A DNA stretch of 64,000 nucleotides from Pseudomonadota bacterium. Lineage in GTDB: Bacteria > Bdellovibrionota > Bdellovibrionia > Bdellovibrionales > Bdellovibrionaceae. The DNA is taken from NCBI GenBank assembly GCA_041178425.1, contig JBEGVH010000016.1:160802-224801 (forward strand). The letters are read 5' to 3'. This document shows, piece after piece, positions 58,626 to 64,000 of this stretch (its first letter is position 1; every line of letters begins with the position of its first letter). A program made the translations under genes and the position numbers. Under the pieces are notes generated by a model. The model searched no databases and was not told the origin of the DNA. It was given only the letters and a program-made list of their open reading frames with translations.

Positions 58626-59726
58626 ATGGCTCTTCAGGTTGGTATCGTTGGATTACCCAATGTTGGAAAAAGTACTCTCTTTAATGCATTAACAGCAGCA
58701 AAGGCAGAGGCGGCGAACTATCCTTTTTGTACAATAGATCCAAACGTAGGTGTTGTCACAGTTCCAGATCCTCGCCTTGATAAAATTACTCAATTTGTAA
58801 AACCTCAAAGTGTTGTTCCAACCACCATGGAATTCGTTGATATTGCCGGCATCGTGGCTGGAGCCCACAAAGGAGAAGGCCTTGGGAACCAATTCTTGAG
58901 TCATATTCGTTCGACAGATGCTATTGTTCACGTCGTGCGATGCTTTGATGACCCTAATATCATCCATGTATCTGGAAGCGTCGATCCACTTCGCGATATG
59001 GAGGTCATCAATACTGAACTTATGTTGGCGGACCTCGACAGCCTAGAAAAGAAAAAGCAACGAATTGAAAAAACCGCAAAAACCACCACTGACAAAAAAC
59101 TTAAACTCGAGTTTGAAGTCGTTAAAAAAATTCATGAAGCTCTTGAAAAAGGACTGCCTGCTCGATCAGTTACTCTCGATGAACTGGAGCTCCCCATGGC
59201 AAAGGAGCTTCACTTACTTACCTTCAAACCAGTTCTTTATGCTTGTAATGTGAAAGAGGATGACTTTGTAAATGGCGGAAACCAGTGGGTTGAAGCTGTT
59301 CGCAAAAGAGCTTCAGAAGAGGGTAATTCGTCGCTGATGATCTGTTCGGCCATGGAAGCAGAAATTGCTCAACTACCCAAAGAGGAGCAAAAGGAATTTT
59401 TATCCTCACTTGGCGCAACAGAACCTGGTCTCAATCGCTTGATAATGGAAGCCTATAAACTACTTGCGCTCTATACCTATTTTACGGCGGGAGTAAAAGA
59501 AGTCCGTGCTTGGACGATCAAAGCTGGCATGAAGGCACCCCAAGCAGCTGGTGTCATTCACACTGATTTTGAACGCGGCTTTATTCGGGCAGAATGCTAT
59601 CACTGCGAAGACCTATTTAGTTTAAAATCGGAAGCGGCCGTAAAAGAAGCCGGAAAATACAGACTAGAGGGTAAGGAGTACATCGTTAAGGATGGGGATA
59701 TCCTCTTCTTCCGTTTCAATGTTTAA
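58626..59726 (+). CDS. ychF: redox-regulated ATPase YchF
   Basis: [32 protein letters not shown] domain. Confidence 0.98.
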   Translation: MALQVGIVGLPNVGKSTLFNALTAAKAEAANYPFCTIDPNVGVVTVPDPRLDKITQFVKPQSVVPTTMEFVDIAGIVAGAHKGEGLGNQFLSHIRSTDAIVHVVRCFDDPNIIHVSGSVDPLRDMEVINTELMLADLDSLEKKKQRIEKTAKTTTDKKLKLEFEVVKKIHEALEKGLPARSVTLDELELPMAKELHLLTFKPVLYACNVKEDDFVNGGNQWVEAVRKRASEEGNSSLMICSAMEAEIAQLPKEEQKEFLSSLGATEPGLNRLIMEAYKLLALYTYFTAGVKEVRAWTIKAGMKAPQAAGVIHTDFERGFIRAECYHCEDLFSLKSEAAVKEAGKYRLEGKEYIVKDGDILFFRFNV

Positions 59727-59768
59727 TCACAATTAAAACATTAGACCATCGAGCCAATAGTCATTTCT

Positions 59769-60566
59769 CTATTGGCTCAATTTTTCTGCGTTTAAAAAGA
59801 GTAACTTTAAACTTAGAATTGTTATTGATAAAAACAAGGCCGGGGCCAACACAACGTGAGGAAATACCTGGAGGGATCTCCATCCATCTTGAATTAAAAT
59901 TCCCCAGCTAGTATTGGGAGGTTGAACTCCTAACCCCACAAAACTCAAAAAACTTTCAGCTAAGATGTAGTTGGGGAATTGATAGATTACGAACGTTTCC
60001 ACCACCGCGAGTAAGTGCGGAACCAAATGACTTCGCATAATTTGTAAGTTTGAAGCACCTATGATTTTTGTCGCTACCACAAATTCTCGATTTCTTAGAG
60101 CTTCTACTTCGCTCCTCACTATGCGCGCAAGCCGACCCCAATGGGTCAATCCAATAACAACACTAACGAGAATCAACGAATCTCTTTCTCGTACTAAAAG
60201 CATTGCAATAACAATGGCCAAAACGCTCGATGGCAAGCTCATCCAGACGTCTAAAATAACCATCAACACCCAATCGACTCGTCCTCCAAACCATCCAGAC
60301 ACTGAACCATAAACCAGAGCCAAAATTGTACTAATCAGTATTGAACTCGCCGCCACTAGAAGACTCGTACCACTACCCTTCAAAATTCTGAAAAATAAAT
60401 CTCTGCCCATAGAGTCTGTTCCCAACCAATGGGCACCTCCCGGCAAAGAGAAAATGTTTTTAGCATCGACAAGCTCACTGATATTCAGAGAGCCCAAATG
60501 AATTAAGATTGATCCAAGCACGATCGACCCTAACCATAAGATTGAAATCCTTTTAAGTATGATCAT
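59769..60566 (-). CDS. oligopeptide ABC permease (OppC/DppC-like)
   Basis: HWLGTDSMGRD, EAA-like 'REFVVATKIIGAS', ESFLSFVGLGVQPP..SWG. Confidence 0.9.
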   Translation of the reverse strand: MIILKRISILWLGSIVLGSILIHLGSLNISELVDAKNIFSLPGGAHWLGTDSMGRDLFFRILKGSGTSLLVAASSILISTILALVYGSVSGWFGGRVDWVLMVILDVWMSLPSSVLAIVIAMLLVRERDSLILVSVVIGLTHWGRLARIVRSEVEALRNREFVVATKIIGASNLQIMRSHLVPHLLAVVETFVIYQFPNYILAESFLSFVGLGVQPPNTSWGILIQDGWRSLQVFPHVVLAPALFLSITILSLKLLFLNAEKLSQ

Positions 60567-60569
60567 GAG

Positions 60570-61487
60570 CTACCTAACAAATTCTTGATCAATTTTATCT
60601 TCTCTACTTATAAACGAATTAATAATCTCGGCCAACCGATGTCCTATTTGAAGAGTTAGGGTAAAAACCAAGACCACTCCAAGAAATAGTGGATAATCTC
60701 TTTGCATTAATGATTTTACAAACAAACTTCCCAAACCTGGAAGAGCAAAAAGTAACTCTACAAGAAACAAACTTGACACTATTTGCCCGAATAAATTTCC
60801 GGAAGCTGTAACAAATATCCTTAAGCTATTGGGCAAAATATGTACCATCCAAATTGAGGCTGGACGCAGTCCCTTCGCGTACGCTGTCAACACGAACTCT
60901 GAACGAGAAGTTTTTATTAATTGATCACGGAAAATTCGAGTAAGAAAAAAAATTGGGCGCACAGACAAAGCTATGGTTGGCAAGACCATAGCTTTTGCTC
61001 CCTCCCAGAGGGCCGATGGAAGTAGATTCCATCGAATCGAAAAAAAATAAATTAGAAGAGGAACTATTAAAAATGTAGGAAGGGTACTTATAAAAAGTCC
61101 CGCATAGGATATTAAGGCCTCAGTACGAGTACCCATTCTAACGGCAGAAAACAATCCAAGGAAACCTCCCCCGATTATACTAATGGTCATCGACAGCAAA
61201 AAAAGACTTATCGACACGCTACTATCTCTTCGAATTATTTCTCCAACTGAATAGTTTGTATTCACCCGAGAGGCCCCAAAATCTTGGCGTAAACAATTGA
61301 TCCAAAAGATTCTATTCTGGGACCAAAAAGACGGCCTAGCTAATTCACTCTGCTCACTCAACGACGTATCTGAATCATAAGTCGCAAAATCTGGCAGACA
61401 ATTCAGTAGACCAATAACTATTCCCATTACAGCGACTGTTGTAATCAAGATCTGGAAGGCCAGTTTTCCTATTTTAGCTGACGTCAT
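60570..61487 (-). CDS. oligopeptide ABC permease (OppB/DppB-like)
   Basis: DFGAS, 'EFVLTAYAKGL', 'VELLFALPGLG', RDYP. Confidence 0.9.
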   Translation of the reverse strand: MTSAKIGKLAFQILITTVAVMGIVIGLLNCLPDFATYDSDTSLSEQSELARPSFWSQNRIFWINCLRQDFGASRVNTNYSVGEIIRRDSSVSISLFLLSMTISIIGGGFLGLFSAVRMGTRTEALISYAGLFISTLPTFLIVPLLIYFFSIRWNLLPSALWEGAKAMVLPTIALSVRPIFFLTRIFRDQLIKTSRSEFVLTAYAKGLRPASIWMVHILPNSLRIFVTASGNLFGQIVSSLFLVELLFALPGLGSLFVKSLMQRDYPLFLGVVLVFTLTLQIGHRLAEIINSFISREDKIDQEFVR

Positions 61488-61502
61488 CAGAACTCTTTTC
61501 GG

Positions 61503-63956
61503 TTACTCCCAATTTTCCTTACTTTCTGGATTTCCAGCCACCTGCACGGGAACTGCATCTGTAAGATTAATCGAATCGCCGAGATTACGTCCATAAAGTT
61601 CATTGTATGCTATGTAATTCATCGTGACTTTTTTAACGTAATTTCGAGTTTCAACAAATGGAATGTGCTCGACCCACTCATCCATTTGCATATAGCCAAA
61701 ATGGTAGAGCCATTGGCTCACTCGGTGGGGACCGGCATTATAGGCGGCGGCCATAAGCTGAACGGAGTAATCGAATTTTTTACCGAGTCTCTCAAGGTAC
61801 TTGCTTCCAAAACGAATCGCATGAGCGGGCTCAAGAAGCATCTCGGGGGCAAATGATTTTACATTTAACATGCCTGCAATTTTTTGGCCGGTAGTAGGCA
61901 TCACTTGCATGAGTCCAAGGGCTCCAACAGAAGACTTAACCCATGGCTGATACATACTTTCAGCTTTCATAATTCCCCAGATCATAGCCGGAGATACATT
62001 ATTTTCTTCACCGTATTTTTCAACATACTCAGAATAGGCCTTCGGGTAAATCGACTCGTAAACTATTCGGTTTGAATTTAAGTTCGCTCGACCAATGAAA
62101 TTATGACCCAAAACGGTCATTTTATTGTATAGACCCATCATTCGGTACTCTTCGACAATTCTTTTGAAAAGATCAAAATTTCTCGAAAATCTCTCTAAAT
62201 CTCCAACCTCTCTTCTCGCTAAATCCTCGAGCCCTAACATCCAGAAGGCTTTGGCTCTTTCTAGTTTTTGATTGGCTTCTGTCTGGGTGAATAGATCCTG
62301 ATTAAAAAGATCGACATTATCAGATACCTTTTCGTCTTCATCGATAGTATTTTCTTCCTCAACGGTAGAAACAGATGGTTCCCCGCCAGACATCTGCAGT
62401 AGTCCTAAGCTCTTTATTCCATCTTGTGTGGTCGGCAGGGGGGCCGCCTCAATGTAGGGGGTAAAATAGGGAGCTCTACCCGCAACAGACACTTGAGCTA
62501 CTGATGAACTCACTGATTTTTCTGAGGCCGGACTTCTCAAGTGAATTTGCTTTAGCCGCTCGGTCGCAAGGCCAGAGTAATAATTCAATCCTGATTTTGC
62601 CGTTAACTTTTGAAAAATCGGACGGGCTTTTTCCAACTGATTCATTCTGAAATAGGTCATACCCATCCAATACCTGACACGATCAGATGATTCTTTCTCA
62701 TTTTTCAACATGGCCTGAAAACTCTTTTCGGCTGCCACATAATTTCCCTTGAGGTATTGAATCCAAGCCAAATACCATTGAATCTCTTTGCGCATGTTAC
62801 GAGATAAATTATTTGAATAAACTGATCTGAGCCTCAACTCAGCGTTTTCATAATCTCGCATCTGATAAGCCCAAACGCCCGCCTGATAAAATGCCATCGT
62901 CCCTTTTTTATTTTTTGGAAGTGCCTTATGAATGGCAAGCGAACATTCAACAGCTAGTTTCAAATCTCCCGCTTTAGCTGCAGCGTAAGAGAGAGGAATC
63001 AAAACCTGAATATCATTGGGTCCTGATTTAGCATTTTTGAGCATCTGTAAACCTTCATCGACATGCCCCTCCGCCATACTTTGTTGTGCTTGCAGAATTT
63101 TTTGTTCTTTTTCACCCAACTTTGTGATTGAGAACCACTTTGCTAATTCTTCGGAAGCTTTTTTGATATCGCCTCTAATATTTAAAGAACGACGTCGCTG
63201 ATCAAATTCTTTCGGAGTCACAGCACAGTCTAAGACTTTTCCACCTAAATTTATATTTCTGATCTCTGGGGCTACGTCTTTAAACCAAGGGTGATCTGGA
63301 TGATTGATATAGAGCTTTGTCACTGATGTGCATGCTATCGCCATCGATTGAGATTTAATTTGAGCTAAGGCCAGGTTTTCTAAAATTGGAATATGGAAAT
63401 CAGTCCTACTGCTTGGTCTCTCAATCTGCCTTAGAACTTTAGCCGCCTGTGCCCATTTTTTTGATTCGATTAACAAATAAGCGTCATAAAAGTTTTTTTC
63501 TACCTTTAAATCGCCCTTTAAAGGCGCCTTTTCTATGGCTTTCAAATTTTTTTTCAATAACTCAATGTTGCCAGATTGATAGGAGAGGCGAGCCAGGATG
63601 AGCTTTGCCCAGCTAAAATAGAGACTTGTCTCCTTGATAGGTTCAAGAAGCTTAATGCTTTCATCCAGCTTTCCTTTACGCTGAAGCACAATCGCTTCAA
63701 CCAAACTATAGAGGTCTTTGTTAGCTTCATTTGCTGCGTTCTCTTGGAGGGCCTGAATCTTATTAACAGCGGCGTCCCAATCCTGCTTTTGCATTGCCTC
63801 ACGCAAAGCGGAGTCTTTGTTATTAGGAATACTGTCAGCCATCACTGGCAACAGGAATATCAACCCAAAAAAAATGCTCATCATTGAAGCCAAAACGTCC
63901 TCCATGAACGAATATTGCGCTAGCCGAGATTTAATGCTAACCAATGTAGATGGCAA
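61503..63956 (-). CDS. Slt70-like soluble lytic transglycosylase with TPR/helical N-terminal region
   Basis: IMKAESMY, GALGLMQVMP, AAYNAGP, IPFVETRNYVKKV. The true start is probably ~20 codons downstream, after GGAGG. Confidence 0.9.
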   Translation of the reverse strand: MPSTLVSIKSRLAQYSFMEDVLASMMSIFFGLIFLLPVMADSIPNNKDSALREAMQKQDWDAAVNKIQALQENAANEANKDLYSLVEAIVLQRKGKLDESIKLLEPIKETSLYFSWAKLILARLSYQSGNIELLKKNLKAIEKAPLKGDLKVEKNFYDAYLLIESKKWAQAAKVLRQIERPSSRTDFHIPILENLALAQIKSQSMAIACTSVTKLYINHPDHPWFKDVAPEIRNINLGGKVLDCAVTPKEFDQRRRSLNIRGDIKKASEELAKWFSITKLGEKEQKILQAQQSMAEGHVDEGLQMLKNAKSGPNDIQVLIPLSYAAAKAGDLKLAVECSLAIHKALPKNKKGTMAFYQAGVWAYQMRDYENAELRLRSVYSNNLSRNMRKEIQWYLAWIQYLKGNYVAAEKSFQAMLKNEKESSDRVRYWMGMTYFRMNQLEKARPIFQKLTAKSGLNYYSGLATERLKQIHLRSPASEKSVSSSVAQVSVAGRAPYFTPYIEAAPLPTTQDGIKSLGLLQMSGGEPSVSTVEEENTIDEDEKVSDNVDLFNQDLFTQTEANQKLERAKAFWMLGLEDLARREVGDLERFSRNFDLFKRIVEEYRMMGLYNKMTVLGHNFIGRANLNSNRIVYESIYPKAYSEYVEKYGEENNVSPAMIWGIMKAESMYQPWVKSSVGALGLMQVMPTTGQKIAGMLNVKSFAPEMLLEPAHAIRFGSKYLERLGKKFDYSVQLMAAAYNAGPHRVSQWLYHFGYMQMDEWVEHIPFVETRNYVKKVTMNYIAYNELYGRNLGDSINLTDAVPVQVAGNPESKENWE

Positions 63957-64000
63957 AAAACAAGGTTCGTACGATATACTCCTGTCAAAATTGTGGAGCT

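Noticed and set aside
1..64000. CRISPR arrays, prophage, IS/integrase, anti-phage defence systems, rRNA
   Set aside because: I saw no repeat-spacer arrays, recombinase or transposase motifs, phage genes or recognisable defence domains.

Overview
A gene-dense, moderately AT-rich bacterial chromosome segment. It most likely comes from a predatory Bdellovibrionota; this is inferred from gene content (many secreted hydrolases, TIGR03545/TIGR03546 pair, GldAFG-like ABC system, vWA lipoprotein, rib-ntrYX-proS-pyrF order) and was not confirmed by any search. Housekeeping genes include pepN, murD, hutI, gpmA, sucA-sucB-lpdA, dctA, pyrF, proS, ribE-ribB(X)-ribH, kdsA, uppP, rph-rdgB and prs-rplY-pth-ychF. 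They are interleaved with secreted enzymes: three lytic-transglycosylase-like proteins, an amidase, S8 and trypsin-like proteases, an S1/P1-type nuclease, a transglutaminase-elicitor-like protein, and papain-like and pseudo-metalloprotease proteins. I found no rRNA, tRNA, CRISPR array, integrase or transposase. The best leads are: (1) a candidate ~55-nt sigma54-driven small RNA with a C-rich loop at ~51.9 kb; (2) an unannotated 29-aa Lys/Arg-rich gene with a hairpin-sequestered RBS and its own terminator at 28.8 kb; (3) a kdsA / GnnB-like aminotransferase / GT-C operon that may make the unusual lipid A of this lineage; (4) a Cys-rich cryptic lytic transglycosylase with a translationally coupled partner; (5) degenerate NtrX, RibA and metalloprotease domains. 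All family calls come from motif recognition by eye, and several start codons were moved from the ORF track to RBS- or promoter-supported starts.
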